Made by a program: the position numbers and the translations under genes
Notes under the pieces: model-generated
Databases searched by the model: none
Told to the model about the DNA's origin: nothing
What the model saw: only the letters and a program-made list of their open reading frames with translations
DNA from: Escherichia coli
GTDB lineage: Bacteria; Pseudomonadota; Gammaproteobacteria; Enterobacterales; Enterobacteriaceae
Assembly (NCBI RefSeq): GCF_048403405.1
Contig: NZ_CP183129.1
Direction: 5' to 3' (one strand)
Length of the DNA stretch: 64,000 bases
Part shown: in pieces, positions 10,629 to 21,506 of the stretch
Layout: each line of letters begins with the position of its first letter
Position numbering within the stretch: position 1 is the stretch's first letter

Positions 10629-10672
10629 AATAATCCGCCACGATGGAGCCACTTTTTTAGGGAGGCTGCATC

Positions 10673-11461
10673 ATGCAAACGATTATCCGTGTCGAGAAGC
10701 TCGCCAAAACCTTCAATCAGCATCAGGCGCTGCACGCGGTTGATCTGAACATTCATCACGGTGAAATGGTGGCTCTGCTTGGGCCGTCGGGTTCCGGCAA
10801 ATCCACCCTTTTACGTCACTTAAGCGGTTTGATTACCGGCGATAAATCTGCCGGTAGCCATATCGAGCTGCTGGGCCGCACAGTCCAGCGCGAAGGCCGC
10901 CTGGCCCGCGATATCCGCAAAAGCCGCGCCAACACCGGCTACATCTTCCAACAATTCAACCTGGTGAATCGCCTGAGCGTACTGGAGAACGTGCTGATTG
11001 GCGCGCTCGGCAGCACGCCATTCTGGCGCACCTGTTTTAGCTACTTCACTCGCGAGCAGAAACAGCGCGCGTTACAGGCGCTAACCCGCGTTGGCATGGT
11101 GCACTTTGCCCATCAGCGCGTTTCCACCCTCTCCGGCGGACAGCAGCAGCGTGTGGCGATTGCCCGCGCGCTGATGCAGCAGGCGAAGGTGATTCTGGCG
11201 GACGAACCCATCGCCTCGCTGGACCCGGAATCAGCGCGCATCGTGATGGACACCCTGCGCGACATCAACCAGAACGACGGCATTACCGTGGTCGTCACGC
11301 TGCATCAGGTGGATTACGCCCTGCGCTACTGCGAACGCATCGTCGCCCTGCGCCAGGGGCACGTCTTCTACGACGGCAGCAGCCAACAGTTTGATAACGA
11401 ACGCTTTGATCATCTCTATCGCAGCATCAACCGCGTCGAAGAGAACGCGAAAGCTGCCTGA
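10673..11461 (+). CDS. phnC: phosphonate ABC transporter ATP-binding protein
   Basis: 262 aa; Walker [13 protein letters not shown] signature LSGGQQQR. Confidence 0.92.
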   Translation: MQTIIRVEKLAKTFNQHQALHAVDLNIHHGEMVALLGPSGSGKSTLLRHLSGLITGDKSAGSHIELLGRTVQREGRLARDIRKSRANTGYIFQQFNLVNRLSVLENVLIGALGSTPFWRTCFSYFTREQKQRALQALTRVGMVHFAHQRVSTLSGGQQQRVAIARALMQQAKVILADEPIASLDPESARIVMDTLRDINQNDGITVVVTLHQVDYALRYCERIVALRQGHVFYDGSSQQFDNERFDHLYRSINRVEENAKAA

Positions 11462-11485
11462 CATCCCCATCATTGAGGAAAACGA

Positions 11486-12502
11486 ATGAACGCTAAGATA
11501 ATTGCCTCGCTGGCCTTCACCAGCATGTTCAGCCTCAGCACCCTGTTAAGCCCGGCGCACGCCGAAGAGCAGGAAAAGGCGCTGAATTTCGGCATTATTT
11601 CAACGGAATCACAGCAAAACCTGAAACCGCAATGGACGCCGTTCTTACGGGATATGGAGAAGAAGCTGGGCGTAAAGGTCAACGCCTTCTTTGCCCCGGA
11701 CTACGCGGGCATTATCCAGGGGATGCGCTTCAATAAAGTGGATATCGCCTGGTACGGCAACCTGTCGGCGATGGAAGCGGTGGATCGCGCCAACGGTCAG
11801 GTCTTCGCCCAGACGGTCGCGGCGGATGGATCGCCAGGTTACTGGAGCGTGTTGATCGTCAACAAAGACAGCCCGATCAACAACCTGAACGATCTGCTGG
11901 CGAAGCGGAAAGATCTCACCTTCGGTAATGGCGATCCTAACTCCACCTCTGGCTTCCTCGTCCCCGGTTACTACGTCTTCGCCAAAAACAATATCTCCGC
12001 CAGCGACTTCAAGCGCACCGTCAATGCCGGGCATGAAACCAACGCGCTGGCCGTCGCCAACAAGCAGGTGGATGTGGCGACCAACAACACCGAGAACCTC
12101 GACAAGCTGAAAACCTCCGCACCGGAGAAGCTCAAAGAGCTGAAAGTGATCTGGAAATCGCCGCTGATTCCAGGCGATCCGATCGTCTGGCGCAAAAATC
12201 TGTCCGAAACCACCAAAGACAAGATCTACGACTTCTTTATGAATTACGGCAAAACGCCGGAAGAGAAAGCGGTGCTGGAACGCCTGGGCTGGGCCCCGTT
12301 CCGCGCCTCCAGCGACCTGCAACTGGTACCGATTCGCCAGCTCGCGCTGTTTAAAGAGATGCAGGGCGTGAAAAGCAATAAAGGGCTGAATGAGCAGGAC
12401 AAGCTGGCGAAAACCACCGCGATTCAGGCGCAGCTGGATGACCTGGACCGCCTGAACAACGCGTTAAGCGCGATGAGTTCGGTAAGTAAAGCGGTGCAGT
12501 AA
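11486..12502 (+). CDS. phnD: phosphonate ABC transporter periplasmic binding protein
   Basis: 338 aa with N-terminal signal peptide (…LLSPAHA). Confidence 0.9.
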   Translation: MNAKIIASLAFTSMFSLSTLLSPAHAEEQEKALNFGIISTESQQNLKPQWTPFLRDMEKKLGVKVNAFFAPDYAGIIQGMRFNKVDIAWYGNLSAMEAVDRANGQVFAQTVAADGSPGYWSVLIVNKDSPINNLNDLLAKRKDLTFGNGDPNSTSGFLVPGYYVFAKNNISASDFKRTVNAGHETNALAVANKQVDVATNNTENLDKLKTSAPEKLKELKVIWKSPLIPGDPIVWRKNLSETTKDKIYDFFMNYGKTPEEKAVLERLGWAPFRASSDLQLVPIRQLALFKEMQGVKSNKGLNEQDKLAKTTAIQAQLDDLDRLNNALSAMSSVSKAVQ

Positions 12503-12516
12503 TGTGCTCGATCGAT

Positions 12517-12603
12517 CCCCTCTCCCTTGAGGGAGAGGGTTAGGGTGAGGGGGAAATGCGCACGCTGATGCCCTCACCCCGGCCCTCTCCCACAGGGAGA
12601 GGG
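12517..12603. repeat. GC-rich nested palindromic intergenic repeat (three hairpin modules)
   Basis: ccctctccc-ttga-gggagaggg (12518-12539), gggtgaggg...ccctcaccc (12543-12580), ccctctccc-aca-gggagaggg (12583-12603) read directly between phnD and phnE. Confidence 0.6.
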
Positions 12604-12627
12604 AGAAAACATTAAACGGAGCAATAT

Positions 12628-13407
12628 ATGCAAACCATCACCATCGCCCCACCCAAGCGCAGCTGGTTCTCGCTTCTGAGCTGGGCCATTGTACTCGCCG
12701 TGCTGGTCGTCTCGTGGCAGGGCGCGGAAATGGCCCCGCTCACGCTGATCAAAGACGGCGGCAACATGGCAACCTTCGCCGCCGACTTCTTCCCGCCCGA
12801 TTTCAGCCAGTGGCAGGATTACCTCACCGAAATGGCCGTCACGCTGCAAATCGCCGTCTGGGGCACCGCGCTGGCGGTGGTTCTCTCCATCCCCTTTGGC
12901 CTGATGAGCGCCGAAAACCTGGTGCCGTGGTGGGTTTACCAACCCGTTCGCCGCCTGATGGACGCCTGCCGCGCCATTAACGAGATGGTCTTCGCCATGC
13001 TGTTCGTGGTCGCCGTCGGTCTCGGTCCGTTCGCTGGCGTACTGGCGCTGTTTATCCACACCACCGGCGTGCTCTCCAAACTGCTTTCCGAAGCGGTAGA
13101 AGCAATTGAACCCGGCCCGGTGGAAGGTATTCGCGCCACCGGTGCCAACAAGCTGGAAGAGATTCTCTACGGCGTGCTGCCACAGGTGATGCCGCTGCTG
13201 ATCTCCTACTCCCTCTATCGCTTCGAATCCAACGTCCGCTCGGCGACCGTCGTCGGCATGGTCGGCGCGGGCGGGATCGGCGTCACCCTGTGGGAAGCGA
13301 TTCGCGGTTTCCAGTTCCAGCAAACCTGCGCCCTGATGGTGCTGATTATCGTCACGGTCAGCCTGCTGGATTTCCTCTCTCAACGGTTGCGTAAGCACTT
13401 TATCTGA
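12628..13407 (+). CDS. phnE: phosphonate ABC transporter permease, apparently intact
   Basis: Uninterrupted 259-codon ORF with GGAG Shine-Dalgarno 8 nt upstream; polytopic membrane protein. Confidence 0.85.
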   Translation: MQTITIAPPKRSWFSLLSWAIVLAVLVVSWQGAEMAPLTLIKDGGNMATFAADFFPPDFSQWQDYLTEMAVTLQIAVWGTALAVVLSIPFGLMSAENLVPWWVYQPVRRLMDACRAINEMVFAMLFVVAVGLGPFAGVLALFIHTTGVLSKLLSEAVEAIEPGPVEGIRATGANKLEEILYGVLPQVMPLLISYSLYRFESNVRSATVVGMVGAGGIGVTLWEAIRGFQFQQTCALMVLIIVTVSLLDFLSQRLRKHFI

Positions 13408-13427
13408 TAAGCGAGGCATTGATATCT

Positions 13428-14153
13428 ATGCACTTGTCTACACATCCGACCAGCTACCCAACACGCTATCAGGAGATAGCCGCAAAACTTGAGCAGGAGC
13501 TTCGTCAACACTACCGCTGCGGCGACTATCTTCCCGCCGAGCAGCAACTGGCGGCGCGCTTTGAGGTGAACCGCCACACCCTGCGCCGCGCCATCGACCA
13601 ACTGGTGGAAAAAGGCTGGGTACAGCGCCGTCAGGGCGTCGGCGTGCTGGTGCTGATGCGCCCGTTCGATTACCCGCTCAACGCCCAGGCGCGTTTTAGC
13701 CAGAACCTGCTGGATCAGGGCAGCCATCCCACCAGCGAAAAACTGCTGTCTGTGCTGCGCCCGGCCTCCGGTCACGTCGCTGACGCGCTGGGGATAACCG
13801 AGGGCGAGAACGTTATCCACCTGCGCACCCTGCGTCGGGTCAACGGCGTCGCGCTCTGTTTAATCGACCACTACTTTGCGGACCTCACCCTCTGGCCGAC
13901 GCTGCAACGCTTCGACAGCGGCTCGCTGCACGATTTTCTGCGCGAGCAAACGGGGATTGCGCTGCGCCGCAGCCAGACGCGGATCAGCGCCCGCCGCGCC
14001 CAGGCCAAAGAGTGCCAGCGTCTTGAAATCCCGAATATGTCGCCGCTGCTGTGCGTGCGCACCCTTAACCACCGTGACGGTGAAAGCAGCCCGGCGGAGT
14101 ACTCCGTCAGCCTGACGCGCGCCGACATGATTGAATTCACTATGGAGCACTGA
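13428..14153 (+). CDS. phnF: GntR-family transcriptional regulator of the phn operon
   Basis: ORF-track TTG start 13419 trimmed to ATG 13428, 241 aa; N-terminal HTH. Confidence 0.85.
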   Translation: MHLSTHPTSYPTRYQEIAAKLEQELRQHYRCGDYLPAEQQLAARFEVNRHTLRRAIDQLVEKGWVQRRQGVGVLVLMRPFDYPLNAQARFSQNLLDQGSHPTSEKLLSVLRPASGHVADALGITEGENVIHLRTLRRVNGVALCLIDHYFADLTLWPTLQRFDSGSLHDFLREQTGIALRRSQTRISARRAQAKECQRLEIPNMSPLLCVRTLNHRDGESSPAEYSVSLTRADMIEFTMEH

Positions 14154-14606
14154 ATGCACGCAGATACCGCGACCCGCCAGCACTGGATGTCCGTGCTGGC
14201 ACACAGCCAACCGGCTGAACTGGCAGCCCGCCTGAAGGCGCTGAACATCACTGCCGACTATGAAGTAATCCGCGCCGCTGAAACCGGCCTGGTGCAGATT
14301 CAGGCGCGGATGGGTGGCACCGGCGAACGCTTTTTTGCTGGCGACGCCACGCTCACCCGCGCCGCCATACGCCTGACTGACGGCACGCTCGGCTACAGCT
14401 GGGTGCTGGGGCGCGACAAACAGCACGCCGAACGCTGCGCGCTGATCGACGCGCTGATGCAGCAAACCCGCCATTTTCAAAACTTATCAGAAACTCTTAT
14501 TGCCCCGCTGAACGCTGACCGTATGGCACGCATTGCCGCACGCCAGGCCGAAGTAAACGCCAGCCGGGTCGACTTCTTTACGATGGTTCGCGGAGACAAC
14601 GCATGA
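14154..14606 (+). CDS. phnG: C-P lyase core complex subunit
   Basis: 150 aa; start abuts phnF stop (TGAATG). Confidence 0.88.
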   Translation: MHADTATRQHWMSVLAHSQPAELAARLKALNITADYEVIRAAETGLVQIQARMGGTGERFFAGDATLTRAAIRLTDGTLGYSWVLGRDKQHAERCALIDALMQQTRHFQNLSETLIAPLNADRMARIAARQAEVNASRVDFFTMVRGDNA

Positions 14607-15187
14607 CCCTGGAAACCGCTTTTATGCTTCCCGTGCAGGATTCCCAGCACAGTTTTCGTCGCCTGTTAAAGGCCATGAGCGAGCCGGGCGTGATTGTCGC
14701 CCTGCATCAGCTCAAACGCGGCTGGCAGCCGCTGAATATCGCCACCACCAGCGTGCTGCTGACGCTGGCCGATAACGACACGCCGGTGTGGCTTTCTGCG
14801 CCATTAAGTAACGATATCGTCAGCCAGAGCCTGCGTTTTCATACCAACGCGCCGCTGGTCAATCAGCCGGAACTGGCGACCTTCGCGGTAACGGATGAGG
14901 CGATTTCCAGCGAACAGCTCAACGCTCTTTCCAGCGGCACCGCTGTTGCGCCGGAAGCGGGCGCGACGCTGATTTTACAGGTCGTCAGCCTGAGCGGCGG
15001 GCGCATGCTGCGCCTTACTGGCGCGGGTATTGCCGAAGAACGAATGATCGCTCCGCAGCTGCCGGAGTGCATTCTGCACGAACTCACCGAGCGCCCGCAC
15101 CCGTTCCCGCTCGGCATCGACCTGATCCTGACCTGCGGCGAGCGGCTGCTGGCTATCCCGCGAACCACTCATGTGGAGGTGTGCTGA
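14603..15187 (+). CDS. phnH: C-P lyase core complex subunit
   Basis: 194 aa; ATGA overlap with phnG. Confidence 0.88.
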   Translation: MTLETAFMLPVQDSQHSFRRLLKAMSEPGVIVALHQLKRGWQPLNIATTSVLLTLADNDTPVWLSAPLSNDIVSQSLRFHTNAPLVNQPELATFAVTDEAISSEQLNALSSGTAVAPEAGATLILQVVSLSGGRMLRLTGAGIAEERMIAPQLPECILHELTERPHPFPLGIDLILTCGERLLAIPRTTHVEVC

Positions 15188-16251
15188 TGTACGTTGCCGT
15201 GAAAGGGGGCGAGAAGGCGATCGACGCCGCCCACGCCCTGCAAGAGAGCCGACGCCGGGGCAATACCGATTTGCCTGAACTGAGCGTCGCCCAGATTGAA
15301 CAGCAGCTTAATCTTGCAGTAGATCGCGTGATGACCGAAGGCGGCATTGCCGACCGCGAACTGGCGGCGCTGGCGCTGAAACAGGCCAGCGGCGATAACG
15401 TCGAAGCGATTTTCCTGCTACGCGCCTACCGCACCACGCTGGCGAAGCTCGCGGTAAGCGAGCCGCTCGACACCACGGAGATGCGTCTCGAACGGCGTAT
15501 TTCAGCGGTTTATAAAGACATTCCCGGCGGCCAACTGCTTGGCCCAACCTACGACTACACCCATCGCCTGCTCGATTTCACCCTGCTGGCAAACGGCGAA
15601 GCGCCGACGCTGACCACCGCCGACAGCGAACAACAGCCGTCGCCGCACGTTTTCAGCCTGCTGGCGCGTCAGGGGCTGGCGAAGTTTGAAGAAGATAGCG
15701 GCGCACAGCCGGACGACATCACCCGCACGCCGCCGGTTTACCCCTGCTCACGCTCCTCCCGCCTGCAACAATTAATGCGCGGCGACGAAGGCTATTTGCT
15801 GGCGCTGGCCTACTCCACCCAGCGTGGTTACGGACGCAATCATCCGTTCGCAGGCGAAATCCGCAGCGGCTATATCCACGTGTCGATTGTGCCGGAAGAG
15901 CTGGGATTTGCGGTGAACGTCGGCGAACTGCTGATGACCGAATGTGAAATGGTCAACGGTTTTATCGACCCGCCGGATGAGCCGCCGCACTTCACGCGCG
16001 GCTACGGGCTGGTGTTCGGCATGAGCGAGCGCAAAGCGATGGCGATGGCGCTGGTTGACCGCGCTCTACAAGCCCCGGAGTACGGCGAGCACGCGACAGG
16101 CCCGGCGCAGGATGAAGAGTTCGTGCTGGCGCATGCCGACAACGTCGAAGCCGCAGGCTTTGTCTCGCACCTTAAACTCCCGCACTACGTCGATTTCCAG
16201 GCCGAACTGGAGCTACTCAAACGTCTGCAACAGGAGCAGAACCATGGCTAA
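15187..16251 (+). CDS. phnI: C-P lyase core complex subunit (nucleosidase-like)
   Basis: ORF 15067-16251 trimmed to ATG 15187 ([13 protein letters not shown]...), 354 aa; start overlaps phnH stop by 1 nt. Confidence 0.88.
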   Translation: MYVAVKGGEKAIDAAHALQESRRRGNTDLPELSVAQIEQQLNLAVDRVMTEGGIADRELAALALKQASGDNVEAIFLLRAYRTTLAKLAVSEPLDTTEMRLERRISAVYKDIPGGQLLGPTYDYTHRLLDFTLLANGEAPTLTTADSEQQPSPHVFSLLARQGLAKFEEDSGAQPDDITRTPPVYPCSRSSRLQQLMRGDEGYLLALAYSTQRGYGRNHPFAGEIRSGYIHVSIVPEELGFAVNVGELLMTECEMVNGFIDPPDEPPHFTRGYGLVFGMSERKAMAMALVDRALQAPEYGEHATGPAQDEEFVLAHADNVEAAGFVSHLKLPHYVDFQAELELLKRLQQEQNHG

Positions 16252-17089
16252 TCTGAGCGGCTACAACTTTGCCTACCTCGACGAGCAGACCAAACGCATG
16301 ATCCGCCGCGCCATCTTAAAAGCGGTGGCGATCCCCGGTTATCAGGTGCCGTTTGGCGGGCGCGAGATGCCGATGCCGTACGGCTGGGGAACTGGTGGTA
16401 TCCAGCTTACCGCCAGCGTGATTGGCGAAAGCGACGTGTTGAAGGTGATTGACCAGGGTGCGGATGACACCACCAACGCCGTGTCGATTCGCAACTTCTT
16501 TAAGCGCGTGACCGGGGTAAACACCACTGAACGTACGGACGATGCGACGCTTATCCAGACGCGTCACCGCATCCCCGAAACGCCGCTGACTGAAGATCAG
16601 ATCATTATCTTCCAGGTGCCAATCCCGGAACCGCTGCGCTTTATCGAGCCGCGCGAAACGGAGACCCGCACTATGCACGCGCTGGAGGAGTACGGCGTGA
16701 TGCAGGTGAAACTGTATGAAGATATCGCCCGCTTCGGTCATATCGCCACCACTTATGCCTATCCGGTGAAGGTGAACGGGCGCTACGTGATGGACCCGTC
16801 GCCGATCCCGAAATTCGATAACCCGAAAATGGACATGATGCCCGCCCTGCAGCTGTTCGGCGCAGGGCGCGAGAAGCGCATCTATGCGGTGCCGCCGTTT
16901 ACCCGCGTGGAAAGCCTCGATTTCGACGATCACCCGTTCACCGTTCAGCAGTGGAATGAGCCATGCGCCATCTGCGGATCGACCCACAGCTATCTTGATG
17001 AAGTGGTGCTGGATGACGCCGGAAACCGCATGTTTGTCTGCTCCGATACCGATTATTGCCGCCAACAGAGCGAGGCAAAAAACCAATGA
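16244..17089 (+). CDS. phnJ: C-P lyase catalytic subunit (radical SAM-type 4Cys cluster)
   Basis: ORF 16055-17089 trimmed to ATG 16244 (MANLSGYNFAYLDEQ...), 281 aa; C-terminal CxxC...C...C cysteine cluster. Confidence 0.9.
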   Translation: MANLSGYNFAYLDEQTKRMIRRAILKAVAIPGYQVPFGGREMPMPYGWGTGGIQLTASVIGESDVLKVIDQGADDTTNAVSIRNFFKRVTGVNTTERTDDATLIQTRHRIPETPLTEDQIIIFQVPIPEPLRFIEPRETETRTMHALEEYGVMQVKLYEDIARFGHIATTYAYPVKVNGRYVMDPSPIPKFDNPKMDMMPALQLFGAGREKRIYAVPPFTRVESLDFDDHPFTVQQWNEPCAICGSTHSYLDEVVLDDAGNRMFVCSDTDYCRQQSEAKNQ

Positions 17090-17844
17090 ATCAACCGTTA
17101 CTTTCGGTCAATAACCTGACCCACCTTTACGCGCCGGGCAAAGGCTTTAGCGATGTCTCTTTTGATTTATGGCCGGGGGAAGTGCTGGGCATCGTCGGGG
17201 AATCCGGCTCCGGGAAGACCACGCTGCTGAAATCAATCTCCGCGCGCCTGACGCCGCAGCAGGGGGAGATTCGCTATGAAAACCGCTCCCTCTATGGCAT
17301 GAGCGAAGCCGACCGCCGCCGTTTACTGCGCACCGAATGGGGCGTGGTACATCAGCATCCGCTCGACGGCCTGCGCCGCCAGGTGTCGGCAGGCGGCAAT
17401 ATCGGCGAGCGGCTGATGGCGACCGGGGCGCGTCATTACGGCGATATTCGCGCCACCGCGCAGAAGTGGCTGGAAGAGGTGGAGATTCCCGCTAACCGGA
17501 TCGACGACCTGCCAACCACCTTTTCCGGCGGCATGCAGCAGCGTTTGCAGATTGCCCGCAACCTGGTGACGCATCCGAAGCTGGTGTTTATGGACGAACC
17601 AACCGGCGGGCTGGATGTGTCGGTGCAGGCGCGCCTGCTCGACCTGCTGCGCGGCCTGGTGGTGGAGCTGAACCTGGCGGTGGTGATTGTCACCCACGAT
17701 TTAGGCGTCGCCCGCCTGCTGGCGGACCGTTTGCTGGTGATGAAGCAGGGGCAAGTAGTGGAGAGTGGGTTAACCGACCGCGTGCTCGACGACCCTCACC
17801 ATCCATATACCCAGCTGCTGGTGTCATCGGTTTTGCAGAATTGA
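17086..17844 (+). CDS. phnK: C-P lyase accessory ABC-type ATPase
   Basis: ORF trimmed to ATG 17086 ([11 protein letters not shown]...), 252 aa; Walker [10 protein letters not shown]. Confidence 0.9.
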   Translation: MNQPLLSVNNLTHLYAPGKGFSDVSFDLWPGEVLGIVGESGSGKTTLLKSISARLTPQQGEIRYENRSLYGMSEADRRRLLRTEWGVVHQHPLDGLRRQVSAGGNIGERLMATGARHYGDIRATAQKWLEEVEIPANRIDDLPTTFSGGMQQRLQIARNLVTHPKLVFMDEPTGGLDVSVQARLLDLLRGLVVELNLAVVIVTHDLGVARLLADRLLVMKQGQVVESGLTDRVLDDPHHPYTQLLVSSVLQN

Positions 17845-17850
17845 GCCAGT

Positions 17851-17933
17851 GCCGGATACGGCGTAAACGCCTTATCCGGCCGACAAATGCGCTCCCCGTA
17901 GGTCGGATAAGACGCGTCAGCGTCGCATCCGAC
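17851..17933. repeat. REP pair inside the phn operon (phnK-phnL intercistronic)
   Basis: gccggatacggcgtaaacgccttatccggc and ggtcggataagacgcgtcagcgtcgcatccgac read directly. Confidence 0.75.
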
Positions 17934-17954
17934 ACCCGAACCACGAGGCGAAAA

Positions 17955-18635
17955 ATGATTAACGTACAAAACGTCAGTAAAACCTTCATCCTGCACCAGC
18001 AAAACGGCGTGCGCCTGCCCGTCTTACAACGTGCCTCGCTCACCGTCAACGCAGGCGAATGCGTGGTGCTTCACGGCCACTCCGGCAGCGGCAAATCAAC
18101 TCTGCTGCGCTCGCTGTACGCCAACTATCTGCCCGATGAAGGGCAAATCCAGATCAAACATGGTGACGAGTGGGTAGACCTGGTCACTGCGCCAGCGCGC
18201 AAAGTGGTGGAAATCCGCAAAACCACTGTCGGCTGGGTGAGCCAGTTTCTGCGCGTCATCCCGCGTATTTCGGCACTGGAAGTGGTGATGCAGCCTCTGC
18301 TCGATACCGGCGTACCGCGTGAAGCCTGCGCCGCTAAAGCCGCCCGATTACTGACGCGCCTGAACGTGCCTGAGCGCCTGTGGCACCTTGCGCCATCAAC
18401 CTTCTCCGGCGGTGAACAACAGCGCGTCAACATCGCCCGCGGCTTTATCGTCGACTACCCTATTCTGCTGCTCGACGAACCCACCGCCTCGCTGGACGCC
18501 AAAAACAGCGCCGCGGTGGTGGAACTAATTCGCGAAGCCAAAGCCCGTGGCGCGGCCATCGTCGGCATTTTCCATGACGAAGCCGTACGCAATGACGTCG
18601 CCGACCGCCTGCACCCAATGGGAGCCTCTTCATGA
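17955..18635 (+). CDS. phnL: C-P lyase accessory ABC-type ATPase
   Basis: ORF trimmed to ATG 17955 ([11 protein letters not shown]...), 226 aa; Walker [10 protein letters not shown]. Confidence 0.9.
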   Translation: MINVQNVSKTFILHQQNGVRLPVLQRASLTVNAGECVVLHGHSGSGKSTLLRSLYANYLPDEGQIQIKHGDEWVDLVTAPARKVVEIRKTTVGWVSQFLRVIPRISALEVVMQPLLDTGVPREACAAKAARLLTRLNVPERLWHLAPSTFSGGEQQRVNIARGFIVDYPILLLDEPTASLDAKNSAAVVELIREAKARGAAIVGIFHDEAVRNDVADRLHPMGASS

Positions 18636-19768
18636 TTATCAATAACGTTAAGCTGGTGCTGGAAAACGAAGTGGTGCACGGTTCGCTGGAGATGCAGGAC
18701 GGTGAAATCCGCGCCTTTGCCGAAAGCCAGAGCCGCCTGCCGGACGCGATGGACGGCGAAGGTGGCTGGCTGCTGCCGGGGCTGATTGAGCTGCATACCG
18801 ATAATCTGGATAAATTCTTCACCCCGCGCCCGAAAGTTGACTGGCCCGCCCATTCAGCGATGAGCAGCCACGACGCGCTGATGGTGGCAAGCGGCATCAC
18901 CACCGTACTGGACGCCGTGGCGATTGGTGATGTGCGCGACGGCGGCGATCGGCTGGAGAATCTGGAGAAGATGATCAACGCCATCGAAGAGACGCAGAAA
19001 CGCGGCGTCAACCGCGCCGAGCACCGCCTGCACCTGCGCTGCGAACTGCCGCACCACACCACGTTGCCGCTGTTTGAAAAACTGGTGCAGCGCGAACCGG
19101 TGACGCTGGTATCGCTGATGGACCACTCGCCAGGCCAGCGCCAGTTCGCCAATCGCGAGAAGTATCGCGAATATTATCAGGGCAAATATTCCCTCACCGA
19201 TGCGCAGATGCAGCAGTACGAAGAAGAGCAATTGGCGCTCGCCGCACGCTGGTCGCAGCCAAATCGCGAAACCATCGCCGCAATGTGCCGCGCGCGACAC
19301 ATTGCGCTCGCCAGCCACGATGACGCCACGCACGCCCACGTTGCCGAATCCCACCAGCTTGGCAGCGTGATCGCCGAATTTCCCACCACGTTCGAAGCGG
19401 CAGAAGCCTCGCGCAAGCATGGCATGAACGTGCTGATGGGCGCGCCGAATATCGTGCGCGGCGGTTCGCACTCCGGCAACGTGGCGGCCAGTGAACTGGC
19501 GCAGCTTGGCCTGCTGGATATCCTCTCTTCCGACTACTACCCCGCCAGCCTGCTCGATGCGGCATTTCGCGTCGCCGATGACGAGAGCAACCGCTTTACG
19601 CTGCCGCAGGCGGTGAAGTTGGTGACCAAAAATCCGGCGCAGGCGCTTAATCTCCAGGATCGCGGGGTGATTGGCGAGGGCAAACGCGCCGACCTGGTGC
19701 TGGCGCATCGCAAGGGCAATCACATTCATATCGACCACGTCTGGCGTCAGGGTAAAAGGGTGTTCTGA
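18632..19768 (+). CDS. phnM: amidohydrolase-family C-P lyase pathway enzyme
   Basis: 378 aa; ATGA overlap with phnL. Confidence 0.9.
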   Translation: MIINNVKLVLENEVVHGSLEMQDGEIRAFAESQSRLPDAMDGEGGWLLPGLIELHTDNLDKFFTPRPKVDWPAHSAMSSHDALMVASGITTVLDAVAIGDVRDGGDRLENLEKMINAIEETQKRGVNRAEHRLHLRCELPHHTTLPLFEKLVQREPVTLVSLMDHSPGQRQFANREKYREYYQGKYSLTDAQMQQYEEEQLALAARWSQPNRETIAAMCRARHIALASHDDATHAHVAESHQLGSVIAEFPTTFEAAEASRKHGMNVLMGAPNIVRGGSHSGNVAASELAQLGLLDILSSDYYPASLLDAAFRVADDESNRFTLPQAVKLVTKNPAQALNLQDRGVIGEGKRADLVLAHRKGNHIHIDHVWRQGKRVF

Positions 19769-20325
19769 TGACGGGAAAACTGATTTGGTTAATGGGGGCC
19801 TCTGGCTCCGGAAAAGACAGTCTGTTGACGGAACTCCGCCAGCGGGAACAAACTCAGCTACTGGTAGCGCATCGCTACATCACGCGCGCCGCCAGCGCCG
19901 GAAGTGAAAACCATATCGCCCTGAGCGAGCAGGAGTTTTTTACCCGCGCGGGGCAAAATCTGCTGGCCTTAAGCTGGCACGCTAACGGCCTGTATTATGG
20001 CGTCGGCGTCGAGATTGACCTCTGGCTGCACGCTGGATTTGACGTGATGGTCAACGGCTCACGCGCCCATCTGCCGCAGGCGCGGGCGCGCTATCAATCG
20101 GCGCTGCTGCCCGTTTGTTTACAGGTTTCGCCGGAGATCCTGCGCCAGCGCCTCGAAAACCGTGGTCGTGAAAATGCCAGTGAAATTAACGCCCGACTGG
20201 CACGCGCTGCCCGCTATACTCCTCAGGATTGTCTTACGCTCAATAATGACGGCAGCCTGCGCCAGTCGGTCGACAAGCTGCTGACGCTGATTCATCAGAA
20301 GGAGAAACACCATGCCTGCTTGTGA
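19768..20325 (+). CDS. phnN: ribose 1,5-bisphosphate phosphokinase
   Basis: 185 aa; P-loop GASGSGKDS; start overlaps phnM stop. Confidence 0.9.
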   Translation: MTGKLIWLMGASGSGKDSLLTELRQREQTQLLVAHRYITRAASAGSENHIALSEQEFFTRAGQNLLALSWHANGLYYGVGVEIDLWLHAGFDVMVNGSRAHLPQARARYQSALLPVCLQVSPEILRQRLENRGRENASEINARLARAARYTPQDCLTLNNDGSLRQSVDKLLTLIHQKEKHHACL

Positions 20326-20746
20326 GCTTCGCCCGGCTACGCAGTACGACATCGACGCAGTTTACGCGCTGATTTGTGAGCTAAAACAGGCGGAGTTTGA
20401 CCACCACGCGTTTCGCGTGGGGTTTAACGCCAATCTGCGCGACCCGAACATGCGCTACCATTTGGCGCTGCTGGATGGCGAGGTTGTCGGCATGATCGGT
20501 CTGCATTTGCAGTTTCATCTGCATCATGTCAACTGGATCGGCGAAATTCAGGAACTGGTGGTGATGCCGCAGGCGCGCGGTCTGAACGTCGGTAGTAAAT
20601 TACTGGCATGGGCAGAAGAAGAAGCCCGCCAGGCCGGGGCAGAAATGACCGAGCTTTCCACCAACGTCAAGCGCCACGACGCGCACCGTTTCTATCTGCG
20701 CGAAGGCTATGAGCAGAGCCACTTCCGCTTCACCAAGGCGCTGTAA
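20312..20746 (+). CDS. phnO: GNAT-family aminoalkylphosphonate N-acetyltransferase
   Basis: 144 aa; 14-nt overlap with phnN. Confidence 0.88.
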   Translation: MPACELRPATQYDIDAVYALICELKQAEFDHHAFRVGFNANLRDPNMRYHLALLDGEVVGMIGLHLQFHLHHVNWIGEIQELVVMPQARGLNVGSKLLAWAEEEARQAGAEMTELSTNVKRHDAHRFYLREGYEQSHFRFTKAL

Positions 20747-20747
20747 C

Positions 20748-21506
20748 ATGAGCCTGACCCTCACACTTACTGGCACTGGCGGCGCACAGGGCGTTCCCGC
20801 ATGGGGCTGTGAGTGCGCGGCCTGCGCCAGAGCGCGGCGCTCATCGCAGTATCGCCGCCAGCCATGCAGCGGCGTCGTGAAGTTTAACGACGCGATCACC
20901 CTGATCGACGCCGGGCTGCACGATCTCGCCGATCGCTGGTCGCCCGGATCGTTCCAGCAGTTTTTGCTGACGCACTACCATATGGATCACGTGCAGGGGC
21001 TGTTTCCGCTGCGCTGGGGCGTGGGCGATTCGATCCCGATCTACGGCCCGCCGGATGAACAGGGCTGCGACGATCTGTTTAAACATCCGGGCCTGCTTGA
21101 TTTCAGCCACACGATGGAACCGTTTGTGGTGTTTGATTTACAGGGGTTACAGGTCACGCCCCTGCCGCTCAACCACTCAAAACTGACCTTCGGTTATCTG
21201 CTGGAAACGGCACACAGCCTGGTGGCGTGGCTGTCTGACACCGCTGGCTTGCCGGAAAAAACGCTGAAATTTTTACGCAATAATCAGCCGCAGGTAATGG
21301 TGATTGATTGCAGCCATCCGCCGCGTGCGGATGCGCCGCGTAATCACTGTGATTTAAACACCGTGCTGGCGCTGAATGAGGTTATCCGCTCGCCACGGGT
21401 GATTCTGACGCATATCAGCCACCAGTTTGATGCGTGGCTGATGGAAAACGCACTGCCGTCGGGGTTTGAGGCGGGGTTTGATGGGATGGAGATTGGGGTG
21501 GCGTGA
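20748..21506 (+). CDS. phnP: metallo-beta-lactamase-fold phosphodiesterase
   Basis: ORF 20709-21506 trimmed to ATG 20748 ([12 protein letters not shown]...), 252 aa; HxHxDH motif (THYHMDH). Confidence 0.9.
   Translation: MSLTLTLTGTGGAQGVPAWGCECAACARARRSSQYRRQPCSGVVKFNDAITLIDAGLHDLADRWSPGSFQQFLLTHYHMDHVQGLFPLRWGVGDSIPIYGPPDEQGCDDLFKHPGLLDFSHTMEPFVVFDLQGLQVTPLPLNHSKLTFGYLLETAHSLVAWLSDTAGLPEKTLKFLRNNQPQVMVIDCSHPPRADAPRNHCDLNTVLALNEVIRSPRVILTHISHQFDAWLMENALPSGFEAGFDGMEIGVA

Noticed and set aside
12517-12603. Possible CRISPR or mobile-element terminal repeat between phnD and phnE
   Set aside because: Nested palindromes, not spaced direct repeats; no transposase or integrase nearby; behaves as an intergenic hairpin repeat
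15067-15186. N-terminal extensions of phnI, phnJ, phnK, phnL, phnP, yjcH, yjcB, nrfA, nrfG, tyrB, pdeC and proP in the ORF track
   Set aside because: Each extension overlaps the upstream gene in another frame; the internal ATG/GTG restores the remembered protein length and the operon-typical stop/start overlaps
18854-19738. Long ORFs antisense to annotated genes (for example 18854-19738 within phnM, 23274-24173 within yjcS, 16316-17086 within phnJ, 12574-13419 within phnE, 39487-40305 within nrfA, 43985-44761 within actP, 48545-49423 across yjcE/ghxP, 33406-34224 within gltP, 55202-55891 and 55943-56611 within uvrA)
   Set aside because: Shadow ORFs expected in GC-rich coding DNA; their translations are low-complexity (R/A/G/P-rich) with no start signals, and the sense-strand genes are well supported
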